DNA of 31,040 nucleotides from a virus (lineage: Duplodnaviria; Caudoviricetes). The DNA lies in IMG/VR virus record IMGVR_UViG_3300030397_000106, positions 1 through 31,040 of that record; one strand, 5' to 3'. The notes under the pieces were generated by a model, which was given only the letters and a program-made list of their open reading frames with translations, was not told the DNA's origin and made no database searches. Below are positions 1 to 7,925 of the stretch, one piece after another. Position numbers and translations under genes: made by a program. How positions within the stretch are numbered: the first letter of the stretch is position 1; every line of letters starts with the position of its first letter.

Positions 1-17
1 GTTTCCCAGTCACGATC
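1..17 (+). other. Untrimmed random-amplification (SISPA, Round A/B) primer tag GTTTCCCAGTCACGATC; technical artefact
   Basis: Exact match at the contig start to the M13-derived tag of the GTTTCCCAGTCACGATC-N9 primer used in virome amplification. Confidence 0.9.
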
Positions 18-180
18 ATCCTCTCCAAATTTGTGTGATTTTTGAGTTTCAGCTAAAACCTCCTCTTCGCTTGTAAAGCTCAGGAAAAGACGATTAGTAA
101 AATGACGCTCCCGCGGTTCGGCTCTAGGAGGTGAAAGTTTTGAACGCAGTTCACGTATGGCAGTTCTAAAAAGAAAAGCG

Positions 181-210
181 TTGACATTTGTCCGCGACTC
201 ACATTATAAT
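181..210 (+). promoter_or_regulatory. Sigma70-type promoter for the late operon
   Basis: TTGACA (181-186), 18-nt spacer, TATAAT (205-210), upstream of SD AAGGAG (234-239) and GTG start at 248; A-rich tract at 168-178. Confidence 0.75.
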
Positions 211-247
211 ATGCGCGTGTGGATGGGTCACGCAAGGAGTCGCGCCA

Positions 248-829
248 GTGCTAGGTTTAGCATTAACAACTGAAGATTTTGTCGAGCCACTTGAGCATAA
301 TCTCGAGGGCGAACTCACGCCAGAAGATTTGTCCATTCTCGGCCAAGGCGAAGTTGTAGGTGCGACTCCAATTAAGAAATTGCGCGCTCGCCACCATTCT
401 CTTGCTAAAGCGATTGCTGCCGGTATGCGGCCAGGTATTGCTGCACACACATACGGCTATACTCCTGCAACAGTGTCTAAACTTCTTGGCGATCCATCTT
501 TCTCTGAGCTTGTCCTGCATTACCAACAAACTGACGATCACGATTTCGCGCAAGCAAAAGAACGACTCGCAGCTCTGTCAGTCGAAGCAATGGACGAGAT
601 TGAGCATCGGCTCGAGAATGAACCTGAGGACATCACCTTTGCGCAGCTTATGCGACTCGCAGAACTTTCTCTTGATCGGACAGGATTAGGCCCAAAACAA
701 ACTCAAGACGTCAATGTCAATATCGGCATTGCCGAACGGCTTCGTGCTGCGCGGGAGAATGCGGAACGCGGTAAAATCGAAGCTGCAGAAACTCCTACAA
801 TCGAAGGAACTATAGCTGATGAAAATTGA
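248..829 (+). CDS. Putative terminase small subunit
   Basis: Upstream of TerL; HTH-like segment (RARHHSLAKAIAAG...YTPATVSKLL) and TerS-like C-terminus (LDRTGLGPKQTQDVNVNI...RLRAAR). Start moved from TTG 188 (inside the promoter) to GTG 248, which has an SD. Confidence 0.65.
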   Translation: MLGLALTTEDFVEPLEHNLEGELTPEDLSILGQGEVVGATPIKKLRARHHSLAKAIAAGMRPGIAAHTYGYTPATVSKLLGDPSFSELVLHYQQTDDHDFAQAKERLAALSVEAMDEIEHRLENEPEDITFAQLMRLAELSLDRTGLGPKQTQDVNVNIGIAERLRAARENAERGKIEAAETPTIEGTIADEN

Positions 830-1145
830 CCTCAAACGCACGAAAAAAGAACTCAATGAGGAAAAAGCCTCGATGAGCGAGATGCCCCAAGATCAGTATC
901 CTTGGGGCCTTTCTCTTTATCTGGACAATGAAACACTCGATAAGATGCCGGAAGGTTTCTTTGAAGCACTCGAACTAGGACAGCCTGTCGCAATTGTGGC
1001 GGAAGGTAAGGTTGAATCTCGCTCCGAAAACGAAACGACCGAAGGTGTCAATCGTTCTGCGCGAATACAGCTTACAGCTATTGAACTTCCCGATCCTGAA
1101 AAAGCCTCTCCGGCGGATAAAATTTTCGGGAAGAACGCTGAGTAA
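819..1145 (+). CDS. Capsid staple-like protein (epsilon15 gp10-like)
   Basis: 108 aa; YPWGLSLYLDNETLDK...V...GKVESRS...RSARIQLTAIEL pattern recalled from this family. Confidence 0.6.
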   Translation: MKIDLKRTKKELNEEKASMSEMPQDQYPWGLSLYLDNETLDKMPEGFFEALELGQPVAIVAEGKVESRSENETTEGVNRSARIQLTAIELPDPEKASPADKIFGKNAE

Positions 1146-2638
1146 TGAACGCGGAAATTTTCGAAAAGTTGGCGGAATACTCGGATGATCCATTAGGCTA
1201 TGTCTATTGGGCATACCCCTGGCTTGATCCGCGGTATGACTTGCGTAAATGGCGAGGCCCAGATGTTTGGCAGCGCCGAGCATTTACCAAGATCGGCAAT
1301 GCTTTACAGTCTGGCGAAAAGGTTGTACGCATTGCGATTAAGTCAGGTCACGGAATCGGCAAATCAGCCTTCTCCTCCATGCTTGCTGATTGGGGTATGT
1401 CAACTTTTGAAGGTGCAAGGGGCATAGTGACTGCCGGTACCGAACGCCAGCTTCGCACACGTACATGGGTTGAGTTTGCTAAGTGGCGCAGACTTTCTAT
1501 GACAAAGGACCTCTTCAAACTTCGCGCCACGTCACTTCACTCTGTCGATCCTGAAATGACTGATGAGTGGCGATATGATATGTCACCTTGGTCGGAACGA
1601 AATACAGAAGCTTTTGCCGGACTGCACAACGAGGGTAAGCGCCTTATCCTTATGATGGACGAAGCTTCCGCCATTCACGACTTAGTATGGGAAGTGGCCG
1701 AAGGTGCCATGACTGATGCTGATACTCAAATCATTTGGGTAGCACTCGGAAACCCAACAAAGAACACTGGACGTTTTCGCGAGTGTTTCGACGACGGTAA
1801 GTTTGCTCACCGCTGGATGCAGGAAACTGTTAACAGTATGGAAGCCGCCACAACCAATAAGGAGCAACTACAGCAATACATAGATGACTATGGGATCGAC
1901 CATGACTTTACTCGTGTTCGCGTCCTTGGTGAGTTTCCGCGAAGTGATGTCTCCTCACTCATTTCGCGCGAGGATGTCATGAATGCTATCGCCAGAGAAG
2001 TAGGCAGCTACGTCCCCCATGAGAATATTATTCTCGGGGTTGATGTCGCCCGCTTCGGTGATGACAATTCAGTAATATTCCCTCGCCAAGGGCGCGATGC
2101 TCGTAGTCGGCCTATTGAATTATATAAGGGCCTCGACACAATGCAACTAGCTTCACGCGTTGCTGAGTGTTTCGAAAAATACGGCGCGCATCAAATCAAT
2201 GTAGATGAGACCGGACTCGGCGCAGGTGTTGTAGACCGACTTCGCCAACTAGGCTTTCCCGTTTATGGAGTTAACTTCTCCGGCAAACCTGAACCAAACT
2301 CATACAACATCAAATGTGAGAATATGAGGGCGGGTATTTGGCTTGAGGCTTCTCGCTGGATGAAGGGTGCACTTCTTCAAGATTTCACTATCGATCAAGA
2401 CTACACTATCGTAGATGATCTCATCACAACCAATTATGCCTACAACAAACGCGACGCGATGCAATTGGAAGCGAAAGAGCTTATTAAATCTCGTGAGGGC
2501 CGTTCACCTGACGTAGGTGATGCGCTTGCCTTAACATTCGCCTTCCCATCGCTCGCCACTCGTCCACGTAAAAAGATTAAGACTACCTATACCAACTCCC
2601 GCAAATACAACCCCTATCAAAGGAAGGAAGCAGCATAA
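1145..2638 (+). CDS. terL: Terminase large subunit
   Basis: Walker A SGHGIGKS, Walker B LMMDEAS, GNPT coupling motif, nuclease motifs LGVDVARFGDD, DETGLG and SPDVGDALALTF. Confidence 0.95.
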   Translation: MNAEIFEKLAEYSDDPLGYVYWAYPWLDPRYDLRKWRGPDVWQRRAFTKIGNALQSGEKVVRIAIKSGHGIGKSAFSSMLADWGMSTFEGARGIVTAGTERQLRTRTWVEFAKWRRLSMTKDLFKLRATSLHSVDPEMTDEWRYDMSPWSERNTEAFAGLHNEGKRLILMMDEASAIHDLVWEVAEGAMTDADTQIIWVALGNPTKNTGRFRECFDDGKFAHRWMQETVNSMEAATTNKEQLQQYIDDYGIDHDFTRVRVLGEFPRSDVSSLISREDVMNAIAREVGSYVPHENIILGVDVARFGDDNSVIFPRQGRDARSRPIELYKGLDTMQLASRVAECFEKYGAHQINVDETGLGAGVVDRLRQLGFPVYGVNFSGKPEPNSYNIKCENMRAGIWLEASRWMKGALLQDFTIDQDYTIVDDLITTNYAYNKRDAMQLEAKELIKSREGRSPDVGDALALTFAFPSLATRPRKKIKTTYTNSRKYNPYQRKEAA

Positions 2639-2820
2639 TGATGGCATCTCCCAAAGTCCAGAAAAGCGCATCAACGCCGGTACAGGCTGACGCAATGGTC
2701 GATACGAAATCGGTAAGTGATGGAGGCTTTCAAACCTTTACCACTTCCTCAATCGGCAAGCTGAAAAAGAAAGCGCAAACCGGCAAAACATTTACCACAG
2801 GTGGATCAACTAGTGCTTAA
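2638..2820 (+). CDS. Small hypothetical virion-associated protein between TerL and portal
   Basis: 60 aa, TAATG overlap with terL, SD AAGGAAG; S/T/G/K-rich; usual position for a small gene in this phage type. Confidence 0.6.
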   Translation: MMASPKVQKSASTPVQADAMVDTKSVSDGGFQTFTTSSIGKLKKKAQTGKTFTTGGSTSA

Positions 2821-4465
2821 CATTCCTGAAGAGACGCGGCAGGCGATTAGCGCTGACGTAGCTTCAATGAAAGCTATGCGCCGCCCATATTGGACTATGT
2901 GGAGGGACATCGCTCGCGAGTATCTCCCTTATGTTCACCCGTGGCTAATTAACACGCAGAAGGGCGAAAAGATTTCACTCAACCCTGATTACATTACATC
3001 AGTCGGATTGCGTGCCGGTCGAGTAGCCACTGCTGGTTTGATGAACGGAATTACGTCTCCAACTCGACCTTGGTTTAAGGGCGGCATCGGGGCGGATGCG
3101 TCTCTGCTTTCGTGGAGTTCACGGCAATGGTTGCAACAAGTAACTCAGATCATGTATTCTGTGCTGGCCCAATCCAATTACTACAACACCGCCGCATCAG
3201 GTTACTTCGACTTAAACTTCTTCAATATATCAGGGCATCAAATCTTTGAGAACACTGATGAATTGTTCCGCGTTCAGCGCTTCAATGTTGGCGAGTTTTA
3301 TGTAGCCTATGATGAGTTTGGCAAAGTTCGCGCCTATGCTCGTGAAGTTAAAATGAAACTCCGGACAATGGCAAAGCGGTTCGGGAAAGAAAATCTTCCG
3401 CCAGAACTGCAAGAACAGCTGAAGAACCCCAATTCACTTAATTCCAAAAAGACCGTTCTTCATTTCTGCGAACGCTCGCACAGTATGCATATGTTTAACC
3501 ACTTCGCGGACCGACGACCTTGGCGTGAAGTATACATGTTGCAGAATGTGAAAGACTCTGTGCTGGAGATTAAAGGCTACAAAGAACAGCCCGCCACTTT
3601 CCCGCGTTGGAATGAAGAACTAGGTCTTGGCGTTTCGCCCGCTATGGATGCGCTTGCCGATATGCGCGAACTTAAACAAATCCTCATTGAGAAAGGTATC
3701 GGCCTTGAGAAGATGGCCGACCCGCCGATGCTTTATGACAGCCGCTTGGCGAATGAACCTAAATCTTCGCTCCCAGGTGGACGAACTTATGTTCAGAACC
3801 TTGGCGAGGCTACTGGTGCGCGAGAACTTTACAGAACTCAAATGCCGTTCCAAGAGTTGCGTGCAGATGCAAATGCACTTATCTCGTCAATTCAGGAAAT
3901 GTTCCACAACGATCTGTTCAAAATGATCGCACAGCTCGACACGGTTCGGTCCGCCACTGAGATTGATGCGCGTAGGGAAGAGAAGCTTGTACTCCTCGCC
4001 CACTTCCTAGAACGGTTTGAGTCTGAGAAACTCGATCCCGATCTTAACCGCATATTCAACATCTGTCTCCGCGCAGGTATCTTCCCTGATCCGCCCCGCG
4101 AACTACTAAATGTGGAACTCAAGTTCGAATACATCTCAATCCTATCCTCAGTCCAGCGCGCCGTTAACACTGTTCCAACTGAACGCTTGTTGCAGATGGT
4201 CGGTAATGTCGCAGGGCTTAACCCGCAGGTGCTTGATCTCGTTGACTTCGATGAGCTTATCTATGCTTATGGAACTGACGTGGGCGCACATGCTACAATC
4301 ATACGGGACAACAGTTCCGTTAAACAGCTTCGCGCACAACGTGAAGAACAGAATGCCGCACTCGAGGCGTCGGCCACTGCTGAAACTGCAATTGCTGGTG
4401 CTAAGACTCTATCTGAAACTGATGTGGGTGGGGGCGCTAATGCCCTCCAAGCATTACTCAGTTAG
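2813..4465 (+). CDS. Portal / head-to-tail connector (T7 gp8 / BPP-1 Bbp21-like)
   Basis: About 550 aa; GITSPTRPWF, G.SPAMDAL, RSATEIDARREEK and YISIL motifs. GTG 2813 preferred over GTG 2801 on SD spacing (AGGTGGA). Confidence 0.92.
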   Translation: MLNIPEETRQAISADVASMKAMRRPYWTMWRDIAREYLPYVHPWLINTQKGEKISLNPDYITSVGLRAGRVATAGLMNGITSPTRPWFKGGIGADASLLSWSSRQWLQQVTQIMYSVLAQSNYYNTAASGYFDLNFFNISGHQIFENTDELFRVQRFNVGEFYVAYDEFGKVRAYAREVKMKLRTMAKRFGKENLPPELQEQLKNPNSLNSKKTVLHFCERSHSMHMFNHFADRRPWREVYMLQNVKDSVLEIKGYKEQPATFPRWNEELGLGVSPAMDALADMRELKQILIEKGIGLEKMADPPMLYDSRLANEPKSSLPGGRTYVQNLGEATGARELYRTQMPFQELRADANALISSIQEMFHNDLFKMIAQLDTVRSATEIDARREEKLVLLAHFLERFESEKLDPDLNRIFNICLRAGIFPDPPRELLNVELKFEYISILSSVQRAVNTVPTERLLQMVGNVAGLNPQVLDLVDFDELIYAYGTDVGAHATIIRDNSSVKQLRAQREEQNAALEASATAETAIAGAKTLSETDVGGGANALQALLS

Positions 4466-4476
4466 GGTGTGGCGGC

Positions 4477-4505
4477 TTGACTACGCCAAATGCTTATGAT
4501 ATTGT
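4477..4505 (+). promoter_or_regulatory. Putative internal sigma70 promoter ahead of the scaffold/capsid genes
   Basis: TTGACT (4477-4482), 17 nt, TATTGT (4500-4505) with TG extension, in the only sizeable (61-bp) gap of the structural operon. Confidence 0.5.
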
Positions 4506-4526
4506 GTCAAAAAGGATAGCCATACA

Positions 4527-4778
4527 ATGCCTACAGTCCGTAATACAGAAGCTCAGTTAATCCAAGAACTCGCTACGAATAAATCGTTTCGGGCACTTGT
4601 AGCTGTGTGGTTGGATGCGGCAGGGACAAACGACAATAGTCCCCCACTTACAGGTACTGAGAACTATCTTTTCGCACAAGGTTTTAAGGCATTTGGTCAG
4701 CGCATTCAGAACAATTTTCAGGGTGCGGATATTGAAAACTACTTACTCATGTTAAAGGAAAACCACGATGTCAAATGA
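4527..4778 (+). CDS. Bbp19-like small phage protein
   Basis: 83 aa between portal and scaffold; FRALVAVWL...G...FAQGFKAFGQRI...YLLMLKEN pattern; SD AAGGA. Confidence 0.65.
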   Translation: MPTVRNTEAQLIQELATNKSFRALVAVWLDAAGTNDNSPPLTGTENYLFAQGFKAFGQRIQNNFQGADIENYLLMLKENHDVK

Positions 4779-5391
4779 CCCTAATGCACAAGGCGAGAAT
4801 GAAGAAGTCCAAGAAACTCCAGCGAGCGAGGGGGAGAACACAGCTTCGCCAGAGGAAGATAATGAGGGCACTGGAGATGAAAATTCCGGTGATGAGGAAA
4901 ATTCTGGCGGCGAGGAAATTACTCCCTTAACCGCGGAAAATCTTTCCCTGCCTGACAACCTCCAAGCGGATGAAAAGTTTGTTTCAAGCTTTATTGATAC
5001 GCTGAATGACGCAGACCTATCCCCGCAAGATCGCGCCAATGCACTGACCCAAATCCACGCTGACGCAATGAGTGCAATGCTTGAACAAGTACAAACAGAT
5101 GCAGTTGCGGAAATTCAGAAGTGGGGGGAAGATATTGCCTCACACAAAGATTTAGGCGGAGACAACCTAGCGGCTACTGAAGCTGCGGTTGCCGATGTCA
5201 TGCAAGAATTTGGGTCACCTGAGTTAAGTGAATGGATAGATACAACCGGTATTGGAAACCGCGTTGAATTTGTCGAGTTCTTGACGAAGGTGTCTCGAGT
5301 AATTTCTGAAGGTAAGCCCACAGTAGGTGACCCGACGTCAGAAGAAACTAAAACACAAGCTCAACGAATATTTAACTCAAAGGATGAATGA
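4768..5391 (+). CDS. Capsid assembly scaffolding protein
   Basis: Highly acidic disordered N-terminus, GxGN-type motif (TGIGNRVEFVEFL...ISEG); directly upstream of the capsid gene. Confidence 0.8.
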   Translation: MSNDPNAQGENEEVQETPASEGENTASPEEDNEGTGDENSGDEENSGGEEITPLTAENLSLPDNLQADEKFVSSFIDTLNDADLSPQDRANALTQIHADAMSAMLEQVQTDAVAEIQKWGEDIASHKDLGGDNLAATEAAVADVMQEFGSPELSEWIDTTGIGNRVEFVEFLTKVSRVISEGKPTVGDPTSEETKTQAQRIFNSKDE

Positions 5392-5393
5392 TT

Positions 5394-6401
5394 ATGGCTA
5401 CCTTACCCGTAGCGAATCCGACATTGCTGGAGCTGGCTAACCGTCAAGAACCTGACGGAAGCGTTGCAGCAATCATCGAGATTCTCAACGAGACTAACGA
5501 AATCCTCGACGACATGTCGTGGAAAGAAGGCAACCTTGCGACAGGTCACCGTACCACAATTCGCACAGGTTTGCCTACACCAACTTGGCGTCGCCTCAAC
5601 GGCGGTGTTATGCCTGACCGCTCAACCACAGCGCAAATTACTGCGTCATGTGGTATGCTTGAAGCTTACTCTGAGATTGACGTCAAAGAGGCCGATCTTA
5701 ACGGAAATACAGTCGAATTCCGGCTTTCCGAAGATAAGCCGCATTTGGAGTCGATCGGCCAGGAACTGGCGAGCACATTGTTTTACGGCAATGAAGCTAC
5801 TAGCCCTGAAGAGTTCACCGGCCTCGCTCAACACTTTAATGATTTGTCAGCTGAATCTGGCGAAAACATTATTGATGCTGGCGGTACTGGTTCGGACAAT
5901 GCTTCTATCTGGCTTGTAGGCTGGGGCGATAGTTCTTGTCACGGCATTGTGCCTAAAGGCATTACAGCCGGTATGCAGCATCATGATAAGGGGCAGCAAA
6001 CTGTTGCTCGGTTTGACGCAGCTGGTACTTATGTCGGTAAAATGGAAGCGTATGTCTCGCATTACGAGATGAATGCGGGGCTTATCGTCAAAGATTGGCG
6101 CCGTGTCGTTCGTATCGCCAACATCGACAAGTCACTCCTAACGGGTGACATCTCCTCTGGTGCCGATTTGTTTGATCTTATGGTGCAGGCACTTGAACTC
6201 GCGGAAGGACTGGAAGGTACACGACCAGCTTTCTACGTACCAAAAACTGTTCGCTCGATGCTTCGTCGTCAATTGATTTCGAAGGTCTCAAACTCAACCC
6301 TCTCCATGGATGAAGTTGGCGGCAAGAAAATCCTCAATTTCGACGGCATTCCTGTTCGTCGTGTTGCGGCGCTTGCAGCTGATGAAGCTCGTGTAGTTTA
6401 A
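5394..6401 (+). CDS. Major capsid protein (HK97 fold; epsilon15 gp7 / BPP-1 Bbp17 family)
   Basis: ETNEILDDM, HRTTIRTGLPTPTWRRLNGGV, FYGN...PEEFTGLA, DWRRVVRIANID and FDGIPVRR motifs; start 5394 or 5388. Confidence 0.93.
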   Translation: MATLPVANPTLLELANRQEPDGSVAAIIEILNETNEILDDMSWKEGNLATGHRTTIRTGLPTPTWRRLNGGVMPDRSTTAQITASCGMLEAYSEIDVKEADLNGNTVEFRLSEDKPHLESIGQELASTLFYGNEATSPEEFTGLAQHFNDLSAESGENIIDAGGTGSDNASIWLVGWGDSSCHGIVPKGITAGMQHHDKGQQTVARFDAAGTYVGKMEAYVSHYEMNAGLIVKDWRRVVRIANIDKSLLTGDISSGADLFDLMVQALELAEGLEGTRPAFYVPKTVRSMLRRQLISKVSNSTLSMDEVGGKKILNFDGIPVRRVAALAADEARVV

Positions 6402-6415
6402 GAAAGGACTTTACT

Positions 6416-6871
6416 ATGTGGTTAGACGATCACAATATGTTTGCCCGTTCTATCGCAATTGGCGGTAGCACTGGTAAGCGACTTATCGGCGATGTCATTG
6501 ATACTGATGTCGCTCGAGATGTCGGCAGCTCGGACAACTTATTCTTCGTTGTTCAAGTGCAGACAACTTTCACCTCTGGCGGTTCTGGTACATTGGCGGT
6601 TGAATTGGCCTCTGATGCGCAAGCAGCTATTGCGGTTGACGATAGTGCAACTACGCACATTTTGTCGGGCACGTATGCAATGGCCGACCTTGTTGCCGGT
6701 GCGACACTGCTCTCTGTTCAAATTCCGCGAGAAACCGATGCCAAACTCTACGAACGGTATCTCGGCGTTATCGCAGATGTCGGAACAGCGGCAATGACTG
6801 CCGGTGCCCTTAACGCTTTCCTCACTGTGACACCACCACAGATGAAGAAATACCCTGATGGAGCACGCTAA
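6416..6871 (+). CDS. Capsid cement protein (Bbp16-like)
   Basis: 151 aa beta-rich protein after the MCP; FTSGGSGTL.V.L and YERYLGV...MTAGALNAFL motifs; SD AAAGGA. Confidence 0.8.
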   Translation: MWLDDHNMFARSIAIGGSTGKRLIGDVIDTDVARDVGSSDNLFFVVQVQTTFTSGGSGTLAVELASDAQAAIAVDDSATTHILSGTYAMADLVAGATLLSVQIPRETDAKLYERYLGVIADVGTAAMTAGALNAFLTVTPPQMKKYPDGAR

Positions 6872-7242
6872 TGGCTAAAGTACCTACAAAACCCAAAGAT
6901 GGTACTGTGCTTAAAGTGCCGAGTCGCGTTCGTTTGAAAGTTCCGTTTTTCGGGCCGGACGGCGAAATGTATCCGGTAGTTCGTTCTGGTTGTGTTATCC
7001 CTTCGGGGGTAATGCTTCCGCGAACAGCTAAAGTTCTTGGTGAGGCATCGTTTGATGAGGCTGCTCCGGCGCCTGTGGATAACGGAGCGGCACAAGAACA
7101 GCTCATTGATATGTCCAAGCAGATGGCAGAAATGCAGGAAAAGTTGGACAAGCTTGAAGATGAGAAAGCTGCAGCTGAAACCGGTAACGTCACTGAAGAG
7201 GGTACTGGTGAAACTGAAACTGAAACAGGACTTACACTGTAA
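6871..7242 (+). CDS. Hypothetical structural-region protein with acidic coiled-coil C-terminus
   Basis: 123 aa, TAATG overlaps at both ends. Confidence 0.7.
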   Translation: MAKVPTKPKDGTVLKVPSRVRLKVPFFGPDGEMYPVVRSGCVIPSGVMLPRTAKVLGEASFDEAAPAPVDNGAAQEQLIDMSKQMAEMQEKLDKLEDEKAAAETGNVTEEGTGETETETGLTL

Positions 7243-7925
7243 TGGCACAAACGCAAACGGAACTCTTCCAACTCGCTTCCTCTCATATAGGCAATCGAGG
7301 CACGTTGACTAACCCTACCAAGGATAGTAAACGCTGGGCTAGCTTTAAGGTCTGGGAGCCGTTTGCGGTAAAACTGGTACTGGCGGCAGGTCATTGGCCC
7401 GCTGCCCGTGCCGAATTCAAATTGAACCTCCACGCAGAACGTAGTGATAATATGGATTGGACTGCGGGCGATCCTGCGCCTGGTCATAAGTACACATACA
7501 ACCTTCCCGATGATATGTTACGTCCTCGGCAATTATCGAGCGGTATGCGTTTTCTTCTCGGTGTGCGCGGCGATGATAAGGTTCTTCACACAGGTGATCC
7601 AGCGCCGATACTGGAGTATACGAAATATGAAACTAATTACGGTCTATATGATAATGATTTGTTTATTACTGTTTCTTACGTTCTTGCCGCTTTTTGCGCA
7701 AACAGTCTCTCGGGACGGGATCGCGATGTGGTGAGGCTAGGAGAACGTGCTAATCGAATGATTATGGAAACTCGTTCCGCGGTATTGAATGTCGATGATG
7801 AGCCGGTTAAAGCCATATCGTCGTGGCATAGGGCACGCGGGGTAATTCGGGCTCCCGAACCTTCTCGATACGTATATCCATATGGCGAACTATTTAATGT
7901 AGGAAGCAGCGCTAATGTCAGCTAG
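7242..7925 (+). CDS. Tail tubular protein A / adaptor (T7 gp11-like)
   Basis: 227 aa; LASSHIG, HWPAA and YTYNLPDDMLR motifs; position before the nozzle gene. Confidence 0.8.
   Translation: MAQTQTELFQLASSHIGNRGTLTNPTKDSKRWASFKVWEPFAVKLVLAAGHWPAARAEFKLNLHAERSDNMDWTAGDPAPGHKYTYNLPDDMLRPRQLSSGMRFLLGVRGDDKVLHTGDPAPILEYTKYETNYGLYDNDLFITVSYVLAAFCANSLSGRDRDVVRLGERANRMIMETRSAVLNVDDEPVKAISSWHRARGVIRAPEPSRYVYPYGELFNVGSSANVS

Noticed and set aside
142-166. Possible LexA box built from GAAC/GTTC half-sites
   Set aside because: Spacings (N3 inverted, N10 direct) match neither GAAC-N4-GTTC nor the alphaproteobacterial GTTC-N7-GTTC
126-169. Strong SD AGGAGGT followed by a TTG-initiated 9-codon mini-ORF
   Set aside because: Too short to support, lies upstream of the promoter and near an artefactual contig end
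188-247. N-terminal 20 codons of the 213-aa ORF (TTG start)
   Set aside because: Overlaps the promoter and has no SD; GTG 248 has a good SD
6386-6418. T7 10B-like -1 frameshift fusing the capsid to the cement protein (the -1 frame is open from 6386)
   Set aside because: No slippery heptamer seen, and the downstream gene has its own SD
7210-7227. GAAACT tandem repeat
   Set aside because: Three copies encoding ETETET in a low-complexity tail; no sign of a contingency locus
6822-7487. 221-aa antisense ORF and the other shadow ORFs opposite structural genes
   Set aside because: Fully overlap well-supported genes; no SD or recognisable motifs
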